A stretch of 64,000 nt of DNA from a virus (Duplodnaviria > Caudoviricetes). The notes beneath the pieces are model-generated. The model ran no database searches. It worked only from the letters and a program-made list of their open reading frames with translations, and was not told the origin of the DNA. Each line of letters begins with the position of its first letter. Position 1 is the first letter of the stretch. Made by a program: the position numbers and the translations under genes. Location of the stretch: positions 259 to 64,258 of IMG/VR virus record IMGVR_UViG_3300038549_000009; one strand, 5' to 3'. Of this stretch, positions 8,774-18,000 are shown one piece after another.

Positions 8774-8920
8774 CTAGTAGCCGGGGCGCCGCTTGCGCGG
8801 CTTGCGCGGCTTCGCGCCGCGAGCGGGATGATGGGGGTAGGGCATGGCGCGCTTCAGTGCTGGCGCGGCGTGTCCCGCAGTGCGCGGCGGGATGTCGCTA
8901 TACTGGTTGAACGTGGCCAC
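8774..8920 (-). CDS. 48-aa peptide: capsid N-arm homolog fused to a basic tail
   Basis: GTG start 1 nt after upstream stop with GGGG RBS; MATFNQYSDIPPRTAGHA vs capsid MATYNEYGDITPRTAAHA. Confidence 0.7.
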   Translation of the reverse strand: MATFNQYSDIPPRTAGHAAPALKRAMPYPHHPARGAKPRKPRKRRPGY

Positions 8921-8921
8921 A

Positions 8922-9089
8922 TCAGTGCCCCATCGGCTTGCGGGGCTTCGCGCCGTAGGCACGACCGCCGTGTTTGCGGTAGGTGCTGAGCGCGATTGCA
9001 ATGGCCTGATCTTGCGGCTTGCCAGCGTGCATCTCTTTCGAGATGTTCGCGCCGATGTCCTTTTTCTTTCCTGATTTGATAAGCGGCAT
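8922..9089 (-). CDS. small basic protein (MPL.K...NIS.E...GKP..QA.AIA type)
   Basis: GAGGGG RBS; recognisable small phage protein pattern. Confidence 0.7.
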   Translation of the reverse strand: MPLIKSGKKKDIGANISKEMHAGKPQDQAIAIALSTYRKHGGRAYGAKPRKPMGH

Positions 9090-9091
9090 GG

Positions 9092-9490
9092 TTATCCCCT
9101 CGCGATGGCGCGTGCTGACACGGTAGCGGAATCCGCCGCTGCGGAAGCCTGAATGCGGATCGAGTAGAACGGGAGCACGTTCAGCAGGAGCCACCCGCTC
9201 GCGCCGGCGCCGAGGATCGTCAGGTCCCCGCTCGCGTCGACCACGATGCCGGCGGGCGTTGTATAGTCCGCAGCTACCGACAGGATCGTCTGGTAGGTGT
9301 CATCCGGCGTCATGCGCGCCTGCACCACGAACTGATCGAACGCCTGAGTGACCGGGCGCACCGCCACGCCCATGAACGCGGCGTCGTCGACGTTGATCTC
9401 GAGGATCGTCGTGAGTGAAGCGGCCGGCACTACCACGCCCGTCGCGTCGACGATTACCTTGCCCGGTGTTACGCTTTGAGTCTGTGCCAT
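9092..9490 (-). CDS. virion beta-sandwich protein
   Basis: AGGAG RBS; beta-rich with C-terminal IRIQA motif. Confidence 0.6.
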   Translation of the reverse strand: MAQTQSVTPGKVIVDATGVVVPAASLTTILEINVDDAAFMGVAVRPVTQAFDQFVVQARMTPDDTYQTILSVAADYTTPAGIVVDASGDLTILGAGASGWLLLNVLPFYSIRIQASAAADSATVSARAIARG

Positions 9491-9505
9491 CGGTTTTCTC
9501 CTAAA

Positions 9506-9967
9506 TTAAACGCCGCCGCCCGTGAGGCCGCGAATCATGTCGTGCAATTTCTGTTGCTGCTTGATGATGTCTTCCTGAGTCGGAGCCGCCGGAGCCGGCG
9601 CTGGTGCTGGCGCGGGTGCCGGAGCCGGCGCCACCGGTGCGGGGGCGGGGGCGGGGGTGGGTGTCCCGTATGGCAACGGAGCCGGGACAATTTCACGACG
9701 CCCCTGAATGAAATCCAGCAAGCCGGGTTGTTGCGCAGGAGGAACACCGAAATTGGGCCCGCGCCGATCGAGCGCACTGCCGAACAGGAGGTTCAAAAAG
9801 GTATCGAACATGCCTGTGCCGGGCAGCTCCGTCGGAGGCTTGGCCCCGCCTACCGGGGTCGCCGGGGTCGCCGGCGTCACCGCCGCCGCAGCTTGCGGGC
9901 GCGCGCCCATGCTCGCTCGACTCTCGATCGGGAGCAGGTCGTTGTAGAGGGGATCGGTGGAGGCCAT
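9506..9967 (-). CDS. Pro/Ala-rich hypothetical protein
   Basis: ATG 8 nt after TATAAT (- strand, 9976-9981); (PA)n tract. Confidence 0.6.
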   Translation of the reverse strand: MASTDPLYNDLLPIESRASMGARPQAAAAVTPATPATPVGGAKPPTELPGTGMFDTFLNLLFGSALDRRGPNFGVPPAQQPGLLDFIQGRREIVPAPLPYGTPTPAPAPAPVAPAPAPAPAPAPAPAAPTQEDIIKQQQKLHDMIRGLTGGGV

Positions 9968-9997
9968 GAGGGTCAATTATACGCCCGAGGGGGACCC

Positions 9998-10576
9998 TTA
10001 GCTAGTCTTGCCTATCGTCGGGCCGGAGTTCTTGTTCCGGACGCCGAACCACCAGACGACGCAGGTCGTGGTCAGATAGATGATATTGCCGACAACCATC
10101 TTCCAGACCTCGAGCGCAGCGGCCGTGTCGAGGTCTTCGGCGTTCAGCACGGTCTTCGCCTGCCACCACACGAACGTCGTCAGGGCGCAAAGGTAGACGG
10201 TGAGAAGCGGCCGGATGCAGCCCCGGAACGCATCGAGCAGGACCAGCACCCACGCCTGCCCACGCGAGGGCTTCACGCCGTCGGAGTAGCGCTCGGGCTC
10301 GAGTTTGTAGCTCGCGGCGAACGCCTCGGCGTCAGCCACGGCTTCCTTGCCGGCCGCCTCAACTTCCGCGACCTTCGTCTTCGCAGCCCACTCCTGCTTC
10401 ATGATCTCCGCGTCGACCCGACGCATTTCGACGGCGTTCTTGTGGCGATCTCTCTCGATTTCGATATCGAGCTGCTTGTTCTTGTAGTCCGCGAAGCGCT
10501 GCGCGATCATGCCGATCAGGCCGGTCGCGCCGCCCGAGAAGATGTTGCCGAAAACCAGTCCGAGTAGTTCAAGCAT
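9998..10576 (-). CDS. holin-like membrane protein (3TM/GTA holin type)
   Basis: RG.IRPLLT and WWFG.R motifs, TM helices, adjacent to lysin. Confidence 0.65.
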   Translation of the reverse strand: MLELLGLVFGNIFSGGATGLIGMIAQRFADYKNKQLDIEIERDRHKNAVEMRRVDAEIMKQEWAAKTKVAEVEAAGKEAVADAEAFAASYKLEPERYSDGVKPSRGQAWVLVLLDAFRGCIRPLLTVYLCALTTFVWWQAKTVLNAEDLDTAAALEVWKMVVGNIIYLTTTCVVWWFGVRNKNSGPTIGKTS

Positions 10577-10994
10577 TGACGATCTCCAAATTGAAAGGTT
10601 GACATCCCATTGTCGTTTCAAACCGCCGCACCGCCGGCGCCGACAGCAGTAGCGCCTTCTGTCCTTCGATCCATCCCAGCCGCTCGCCCAGTGCGATGCA
10701 GCCCTGCAACTGTGACCGGTAGCCCTTGGCGCTATCGCCCATCAGGTTCGCCGAGTGCGCCCGGATGCCCACTCTCGGGTCCGTGCCAAGCAGCAGATAC
10801 ATCATTCGTTTAAACGTCCTGCTCCACGTCCACACCACCGGGTAGGTCCCGAGCGGTATGCACGAGAGCCCCGTCGCGTTGTCCCGCCACGGCTGCTCGC
10901 CGGTGAACAGGACCAAGCCGGTCGGCACGATGATCCGGCCGAACGTGCCCTGATCCCCGGTCTCGTGCCGCTCGAGCCTGACGAGCGGCAGCAC
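10569..10994 (-). CDS. DUF5675-type putative endolysin
   Basis: GTFG, E.PW.DN...SCIP.G.Y, R.GI..H.AN, GCI.LG motifs. Confidence 0.75.
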   Translation of the reverse strand: MLPLVRLERHETGDQGTFGRIIVPTGLVLFTGEQPWRDNATGLSCIPLGTYPVVWTWSRTFKRMMYLLLGTDPRVGIRAHSANLMGDSAKGYRSQLQGCIALGERLGWIEGQKALLLSAPAVRRFETTMGCQPFNLEIVNA

Positions 10995-11185
10995 TATCCC
11001 CTCGACACAGGCTTGAGGGCTACCTTGCCGCCGGCAGTAGTCAACCCGCCGTTACACAGCTTCTCAGTCGTGAATGCGAGGTCGAGCGCGTGCGCGGCGA
11101 CGCGCTGTGTCGCCTCGCGCATCTCCATGCGCTCCAGCTCCCGCTTCGGGCTGAGAAACTTGAGGACCTTCACACACATCTTCAT
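10994..11185 (-). CDS. hypothetical protein (lysis cassette)
   Basis: translationally coupled on both sides. Confidence 0.5.
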   Translation of the reverse strand: MKMCVKVLKFLSPKRELERMEMREATQRVAAHALDLAFTTEKLCNGGLTTAGGKVALKPVSRG

Positions 11186-11409
11186 AGGTGCACCCTTCCG
11201 GACAGCGCGACCAGCGCGAGCTTCACCTGATCGAGCGCGTCCTTCACTGCGGTCAACATGGCGAGCGCTTCCTTGCGGTCGACGCGGTTCTCACTGCGCT
11301 CGGTCCAGAACAGAAACATCGTCGCGGCGTTCGTCGCGAGCAGCACGGCCACCGCGATGTTCTCGGGCTTGCCGAGGATGTCGAACAGAAACTTGAAAAG
11401 CGTCTCCAT
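11182..11409 (-). CDS. putative holin (single TM)
   Basis: IAVAVLLATNAATMFLFW TM plus coiled tail; GAGGTGG RBS; upstream of lysin. Confidence 0.55.
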   Translation of the reverse strand: METLFKFLFDILGKPENIAVAVLLATNAATMFLFWTERSENRVDRKEALAMLTAVKDALDQVKLALVALSGRVHL

Positions 11410-11417
11410 GATCCACC

Positions 11418-11633
11418 TCAGTCGTGTATCGCGTTGGTCGAGTCGGCACGGGTCTTCCGCTTGAGCGCCCGGAACACGTTGAGCGCCGGATAGCGGAGCA
11501 GGCCGAACGTGAAAATCGTCGTGAACAGCACGACCGCCGCCGACACCGTCGTGAGGAGGGCAACCTCAATCGGACCCGGATGCGTCTCCGCCGAGACCGG
11601 GACCGACGACACGGGATTTTCAGAAGGCAGCAT
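11418..11633 (-). CDS. small membrane protein
   Basis: long hydrophobic stretch. Confidence 0.45.
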   Translation of the reverse strand: MLPSENPVSSVPVSAETHPGPIEVALLTTVSAAVVLFTTIFTFGLLRYPALNVFRALKRKTRADSTNAIHD

Positions 11634-11639
11634 GATCGC

Positions 11640-14219
11640 TTACTCGGCGTGCAGTATGACGCTCGAATTGCCGGGGGCCGTGCCCGCGTCGTATTCCACC
11701 GCGAGCGCGTCGCCGGCCACTACCGCCACGGTGCCGGTCGCTACGCTGCCGGTCGCGCCGCTGAGCGTGATCGTCTGCGCCACGGTGCCGTTCTTCACGA
11801 TCTTGAAGACCGTGGTCCCGTCACCAGTGGCGGTGCTCCACGACATATACTTGACGGTCCCCGCCTTCGGAACATACATCTGCGAGTTGTTGCCGATCGT
11901 CTGCGGAGTGGCAGTGTTCGTCGCGATCTCGCGGAAGTGGAGGCCCGCATCGCCGCCGGCGAAAGTAGCGCCGCCCATGAACACGGCGAACGGGCTGGGG
12001 GAGGCCGTTCCGAACGGGCCCACAGTCACACCGTTGATGCGAGCGAACATGCCCGCCGTTGTCGTCCACACGTCGCCGTCTGTCGGAGTCGTCGGCGCGG
12101 AGCCGTGTGGAACTCGCACGCTCGACTTCGCGGTCGTGGCCGCCGGCGTCGCGAGCGAGGTCGACGAGGACACGGCCTGACCGTCCACACCCACCTTGCC
12201 ACGAATGGCGGTGTCACCGCTATCGAGCACGAGGATGTTGTCGGCGCTGTTCGCGTTATTGCGCAGCGAGATCGAGGTTGCACCCGGAATAATCTGCGAA
12301 GCCGCCGCATTAAACTTGAGCGTGTTTGCCAGCACTACTCCGGATTGAAGGTTGATGGTGCCGGTTCCCTTCGCCTCTATCGACAGCGTGATGTTCGCAT
12401 CGCTGCCGTTGGCGATAATGTCAACATCATTGCCCGTCGCACCACCCGCAAGCGTTATGTAGTTGACCGCGCTCGCTACATGCGCGATCTGCACTTGCTG
12501 TCCGCCGCTCGTCGCGAGCGACAGACTGGTAGCGCCGCCGGTAGATACGGTGGGCGTCACAACACTTGTCCCGAAGTAGCCCGTGCGCGGGCGATCAGCG
12601 CCAGCCGCGCCGATGTCGTGCGTGTTGTCTGCCGAGAACTCTATGCTGCCGGTGAAGGCGCGGGTCCCGTCTGCCAGCGTGTATTGCGGATGATCGTCGT
12701 CGCCCAGCCCGGTGAGCGCACCGTGGTCGTGGGTGTGCCCGAGCGGCGAATAAAGCGCATCGCCCTCCGCCTGCGTGAGGTAGCCGGGATGCGGGTCCGC
12801 AGCGTTCTCGTGATCGAAGGCCCAGTTGCTCGAGATCGGGTCCGTCGTCGCGCCGTTGACGGGCACGTCGTCGACCTCGGTGTGGAGCACGTATTGCGGG
12901 TGGTCGTCATCGCCGAGGCCGGTGAGCGCGCCGTGGTCGATGCTGGATACTGCCACCCATGAAAGTAGGCCGGCGCCGTCGCTTTGTAGAAACCCTGCCG
13001 CGTCTGCGGCCGGGAGCGTGTATGTGATATCGCCTCCGGGCTGGTCTTGCACCCTGAATTTAGTGAAGCTACTACCTCCCGTGCGATCGGCGAACACAAT
13101 GCCCGAGCGCACCATCAGGAGTTCTTTCGTGGAAGGATCGACACGAATTATGCCAAAACCTCCCAGCGAAGTTCCAGTGGTCAACATGAACGCGCCGGTA
13201 TCGTCGTTGTTCACTCCGACCGACCAATCGGCCTGCCCTCTATAGACCGTCCGCGCCTCGTTGCTATTGACTCCGGACGGAACTTTCAGAACGTGCTCGG
13301 CGTGCGCTGTGCCGCCGCCCGTGTTCTCTGTGAGAAGCGTCAGCGCACCGGATACGGATGCTTGGATAGTCGTGTCGCCCGTGATCGTGCGCGTGCCATC
13401 GGCAAGGAAATACTGAACGTGGTCGTCGTCGGCGAGGCCGGTCAGCGCGCCGTGATCCGTCACGGCTTCAGCCACGATCTCTTGCAGCGCAGCCTGCACG
13501 TCGGTCGCACCGATCGACCCGAACGGCACTACGGAGATCGCACTCGCGTCGTGCGCATCGGTGGCATCCGCGATGTGCGCAGCAGCGATAGGCTCCGTGA
13601 TGGGGGCGTAGAACCCATCGCCCTCTGCCTGCGTCAGGAAAAGTGCGTCGCCTTCCGCCGGCGTGAGATATTGTGGATGCGGATCGAGCGCGGCTTCGTG
13701 CGCGGACACAGCCGCCGCAGCAGCGCCGAGCGGATCAAAAGCGGCGGCACCCTCAGCGGCGGTCAAATACTGCGGGTGTGGGTCGACGGCATTCTCGTGA
13801 TCGAACGCCCAGTTGCTCGAGATCGGGTCGGTCGTGGCGCCGTTGACCGGCACATCGTCGACCTCGGTATGGAGCACATACTGCGGATGGTCGTCATCGG
13901 CCAAATCCTCGTGCATGATGCGCGACGGGGCGTTGCACCAGATGATCTTGGTGCCGGCAGCCCAGTTGACGGCCATGTTGGAGTTGCTGGACAGGATGAT
14001 CTCGTCGCGGGTGAGCGTGTTGGTGCCGGAGTCATACGTGCCACGCCCGACCTCGAAGTCGGATACCGAGTCTTCGACGGCGTAGTAGACGGACGCCCCG
14101 TGGAGCGATGGGCTTACGCTGCCGAACGCGATGAAGCGCGGCAGCGGGCCGACGAGGGCGTAGGCTCCCGTGCCAGTGGTAGTGGTCGTTTCTTTGACGC
14201 GGTCTACAATCTTTGCCAT
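11640..14219 (-). CDS. tail fibre protein
   Basis: DRVKETTTTTGTG N-terminus; repeated DPHPQY and DHGALTGL.DDDHPQY units; beta-rich C-terminus. Confidence 0.85.
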   Translation of the reverse strand: MAKIVDRVKETTTTTGTGAYALVGPLPRFIAFGSVSPSLHGASVYYAVEDSVSDFEVGRGTYDSGTNTLTRDEIILSSNSNMAVNWAAGTKIIWCNAPSRIMHEDLADDDHPQYVLHTEVDDVPVNGATTDPISSNWAFDHENAVDPHPQYLTAAEGAAAFDPLGAAAAAVSAHEAALDPHPQYLTPAEGDALFLTQAEGDGFYAPITEPIAAAHIADATDAHDASAISVVPFGSIGATDVQAALQEIVAEAVTDHGALTGLADDDHVQYFLADGTRTITGDTTIQASVSGALTLLTENTGGGTAHAEHVLKVPSGVNSNEARTVYRGQADWSVGVNNDDTGAFMLTTGTSLGGFGIIRVDPSTKELLMVRSGIVFADRTGGSSFTKFRVQDQPGGDITYTLPAADAAGFLQSDGAGLLSWVAVSSIDHGALTGLGDDDHPQYVLHTEVDDVPVNGATTDPISSNWAFDHENAADPHPGYLTQAEGDALYSPLGHTHDHGALTGLGDDDHPQYTLADGTRAFTGSIEFSADNTHDIGAAGADRPRTGYFGTSVVTPTVSTGGATSLSLATSGGQQVQIAHVASAVNYITLAGGATGNDVDIIANGSDANITLSIEAKGTGTINLQSGVVLANTLKFNAAASQIIPGATSISLRNNANSADNILVLDSGDTAIRGKVGVDGQAVSSSTSLATPAATTAKSSVRVPHGSAPTTPTDGDVWTTTAGMFARINGVTVGPFGTASPSPFAVFMGGATFAGGDAGLHFREIATNTATPQTIGNNSQMYVPKAGTVKYMSWSTATGDGTTVFKIVKNGTVAQTITLSGATGSVATGTVAVVAGDALAVEYDAGTAPGNSSVILHAE
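12802..13898. repeat. direct repeat of about 110 bp inside the tail fibre (about 12802-12912 and 13790-13898)
   Basis: both encode DDDHPQYVLHTEVDDVPVNGATTDPISSNWAFDHENA; differences are synonymous. Confidence 0.85.
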
Positions 14220-14228
14220 CGGTGCACC

Positions 14229-14588
14229 TTATGTAAAGACGATGTCCCACGCGAACTGGATCGCTTCGCCAGCCACGAGTGGAACCGGGGTGAAGTCGGA
14301 CTTCACGAGAAGACTGCCGGCTGACAGGTCATCGAAAATGCCCGCATTGGTAACCGTGCGCGGGGCCGTCGCAACGATCAGGCCGGTCAGACGCAGCGTG
14401 TCGTTGGTCGTGGTGGTCGTCAGGTTAAGCTCGGAGCACAGGCTGCGCGCTTCCGGGCCCTCCGTGAACAGCGCCGTGTCGGTGACGAGCGTCGTGCCGG
14501 CGCCCGTGCCCCAGCCTACAAAGAGGCTCAGCAGCGCCAGCGCGTCGGCGATGATTTCTTTTCCGGTATTGACTAGGAGCGTAGCCAT
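14229..14588 (-). CDS. tail-fibre-associated structural protein
   Basis: VGWGTG, D.AL..E, TNAGIFD...G pattern. Confidence 0.65.
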   Translation of the reverse strand: MATLLVNTGKEIIADALALLSLFVGWGTGAGTTLVTDTALFTEGPEARSLCSELNLTTTTTNDTLRLTGLIVATAPRTVTNAGIFDDLSAGSLLVKSDFTPVPLVAGEAIQFAWDIVFT

Positions 14589-14737
14589 TTGCCTATACTC
14601 CAGAGTATTCGTTTAAACACATTTCTGCTCCCGTATGCGATCGTGCCGAGGTCGCGCTTCACGGTGCCGTCGGCGTTGAGCACCACGGCGCGCAGCCGCG
14701 CCTCTTTCACCCCGCGCCCGAGGACGGTGAACTGCAT
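14573..14737 (-). CDS. 54-aa hypothetical protein
   Basis: read by hand: MQFTVLGRGVKEARLRAVVLNADGTVKRDLG...; coupled to upstream stop. Confidence 0.6.
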   Translation of the reverse strand: MQFTVLGRGVKEARLRAVVLNADGTVKRDLGTIAYGSRNVFKRILWSIGKWLRS

Positions 14738-15024
14738 CACGCGTCCCTCACGAACAGGTTAGCTTCCATCGACAGGACGTTGTTGTCGCTGGTGCCCACG
14801 ACCACCGTGAACTTGTATTGCGTATCGGCGGTCCCTCCTGCGACGCGGACCTGCACGCGCTTCCCGGCGAATGCCTGCTCCGAGAGCGTCAGCCCGATCG
14901 GCAGCGCGCCAAGCGCTAGAAGCGTCGTGATCTCCTCGTCCTCCGCCATGTCCGGCGTGAAGTCAAACGTGTAGACCCGGCTCTCAACCGGCTGTTTCTC
15001 AAGATAGGGGAGGTCGTAGCTCAT
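14737..15024 (-). CDS. fibre-tail adaptor-like small protein
   Basis: K.P.E...Y.FDF and V.GG....Y pattern. Confidence 0.65.
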   Translation of the reverse strand: MSYDLPYLEKQPVESRVYTFDFTPDMAEDEEITTLLALGALPIGLTLSEQAFAGKRVQVRVAGGTADTQYKFTVVVGTSDNNVLSMEANLFVRDA

Positions 15025-15046
15025 AGCACCATTTTACCATGTTGGA

Positions 15047-18000
15047 CTAGGTTGGCCCCAGTAGCTCGTCTCGGGCGCCCGAGCGCAGCGCGCGCGGGAG
15101 CAGGAGCAGCGTGCGCTGGTTGAGCGGGAGCCCGGCGAGCGCGATGGAGCGGCGGATGCTGCGGGCGTCGAGCATGAGCGGCGTGTCGGGGTATTGCTCG
15201 TTCCAGCCCTGCGCGGCGGCGAATGCGTCCTTCACGTCCTGATCCTTTCCGTCGCGGATGCCGCGCACGATGTTGTCGTATATCTGCTGCCGGACCTGAT
15301 TGTAGAACGCCACGTCCTGCTTCACGATCCGGTCGTGCGCGTATATCTCCGCCATCGCGGCGCTCGAGAACCCGAGCGACTGCCAGAACGACTCCATGTG
15401 GCCCACGTCAGTGATCTTCCGGCCGGCCGGATCGGTGGCGACTCCGGTCGTCCAGTAGTTGTAACCCTTGACCATGTTGCGCGCCGCAACCGGCAGCGCC
15501 TCGTTGGCCGCGCGGTTGTATTCGCCCTGCGTGAGGCTCCGCCCGCCCTTCAGCGCACCCTCGACCATCGCGCCCACCGGGCCTAGCACGTCAGACAGCA
15601 CGCGATCATAGGTCGCATCCGCCGCGCCAAGCCGGGTGCCGGGGATGATGTCGCCGAGGCCCACGCGGGAGGAGAACTGCATCCCTGTTAGGGTGTTGAC
15701 CGCGCCAGTCATGAGGAGCCCGGACAGGTCTGATCCCACAACAGACTCGCTCGCATCCTTCAGCGCGTTGCGCATCGCGCGGCGCGTGTTGAACGGGCTG
15801 CCAAAGAGCCGCTGCGAGATCACGTCGATGATGTCGAGTATATTCGACATGAACGGCAGGCCCTCGGTGCCGGCGGCCAGCCACAGGCTCAGCAGCGCGA
15901 AGCTCGCCGCACGCGGGCTCTGCTTGTAGAGGCCCGTAATCATCTCGACCATGTAAATCGGGAAGCTCTTGAACACGAACAGGAGCGAGCCCAAATCAGA
16001 GTGGGCGAGACCGGGGCGGTTCGCCTCGTCGTAGCGGAACTGGGTTTTGTAAACCACGTCCTTCGCAAACTCATAGACCGTTGGCGTCGGGAGCTTGCCT
16101 GCCTTCGCGAGTTCTTGCCCCGTCTTATAGGCCGCGATGAACGTGGCGAGCCGGTTGAGGTGCTCGCCGGCACGGAAGGGCGCCATCCAGACCTTGATCG
16201 CGTTCTGCACGCGCTTGGACCGCGAGTAGATGCTGCCGCGTGCCATGCCCATGATCTGAAATAGCTCCGTGTCGAGAATCGTCCCGTCGCGAGCGGCCAT
16301 GATAAGCGCGTCGCGCAGCCCCGGCACGGAGTCGACATCAGGGATCGAGTTACCCTGCTTATCCTCCAGCTTCGGTAGCGAGGTGAGAGTATTGTAATTC
16401 GATGCCGCAGTTTTCAACCCGCCGAACGTGCGCGCGTAGGCTTGTCCGATCCCTGCATACTGTGACAGGTAGGGCACCGTGCCGAGCGGTAGCTGCGAGA
16501 GCTGCACGCCCATCGCGGCGAACGATCCGCCGAGGAAGTGGAGCGAGGCGAGCGAGCGGAGCTTCGAGGACCAGTTCGACTTGTCGTGCGCGGGGTTCAT
16601 GACATAGCTCACGCGCTGCTCCGCGAGGCTGCGGTAGTGCCCGGCCAGCGGTCCATCGCCGTTCCACTCGTTGCGCGCCCGATCGGTCTCGAACGTCGGG
16701 CGCCCGTTGGCGTCCTGCCCCACGCGAACCTTGTAGCCCTGTAGCGCGTCTGCCAGCGCGGCACTGAATTCGGTGTGCGCCACCTTGTTCGAGATGCCGA
16801 CCGCGAACTCCGCCAGAATGCGCTCGCCGTCGGTGCTGAAGCCCGGCACGTTTAAACGACGGAAGATGCGGTTCCGGCGGGTCGAGTCGGCCTCGATGGT
16901 GAACTTGGCCAGCCGCTCTTTCTCGGTCTGCGTGAGCTTGATCCCGAGCCGATTTGCCGTGTCAAGGAAGTCGAGATAGCTGATCCCGCCGTCGTATTCC
17001 ACCTTGTCCCGCGTGTTCCACTCGAAGGTGATCTCGGGGAACTTCGGTCCGACCGCCTTCTGCAAATGGTCGAGTGCGTCCTGCGCCTGCTTCTGCGTCT
17101 GGAACTGCGTGTAGAACACTGTCACCGGGCCCTGCTCGGTCTTGATGTAGCCGTGCGTCACGAAGTCCCCGTAACGCCGCTCGGGGATGTATCCCGTGCG
17201 CACCAGCTCCTCGATCTGCGCGCGCCGGGTCGCCTCCCACGTTTTGTAGGCGGCGGAGTCGGCGCCGAGCGCCTGCCGGTAGACGGTCTGATCGGCGGTG
17301 AATTCCTCGCGCAGCATCTTGTTGACCATCTCACCGGCCTGATCGAACATGCGCCGCTGGCGCTCAGTCAGCAGCGCGCGGAGCCGGTTATACTCCGGCG
17401 TCCCGACGGCGTGGTTCCCGACGGTGCGCTGCATGAGCGCGTTGCTGACGGCATCGCGGTCTGCTGTGGTCGTCGTCAGCGGCAGCCACTCGCTCAAGTT
17501 CTTCTCGACCGAGTCCGCGATCAGGCGCTTTTTGCGATCGCTGTGCGCGAACAACACGTTCGACACGTTCGCCACGCCCTTGCTGCGCTCCGAAATCTTG
17601 AGGAGCGACATCAGGTTCTTCTCCACCCAGCGCATCGTCGATCCGGTGGACGAATCGCCGGCGTGCTTGAATATCTGATCCCACGTCTGCTTCGGGGCGC
17701 CTGCTTCATCCACGGCGGCGCTCACGCGATGGAGCATCTGCGTGTGCTGCGCGCTGCCCTTCGTGTATTGGTCGTCCATGTTCTCGAGCGCGGCCTTCGA
17801 GTAATACAGCTCGAAGCCATCGGAGTCCAGCATCGTCATTCCGTCCTGCGGCAGCGGCAACGTGGCATCGAGCGCGGCGCGCGAGAACATCGTGCCTTGG
17901 TTCTGTGTCACGCGCAGGTCGTCGATCGCGTTCTTGAAGTTGTAACCCGCCTTGCGGAAATTCTCGGGGCCGACCGGGGCCTTCAGCGCGATGTCGATCC

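Noticed and set aside
12802-13898. Tail-fibre repeat pair as a DGR template/variable repeat
   Set aside because: Differences are synonymous rather than adenine-specific, both copies are in-frame coding, and no reverse transcriptase is present
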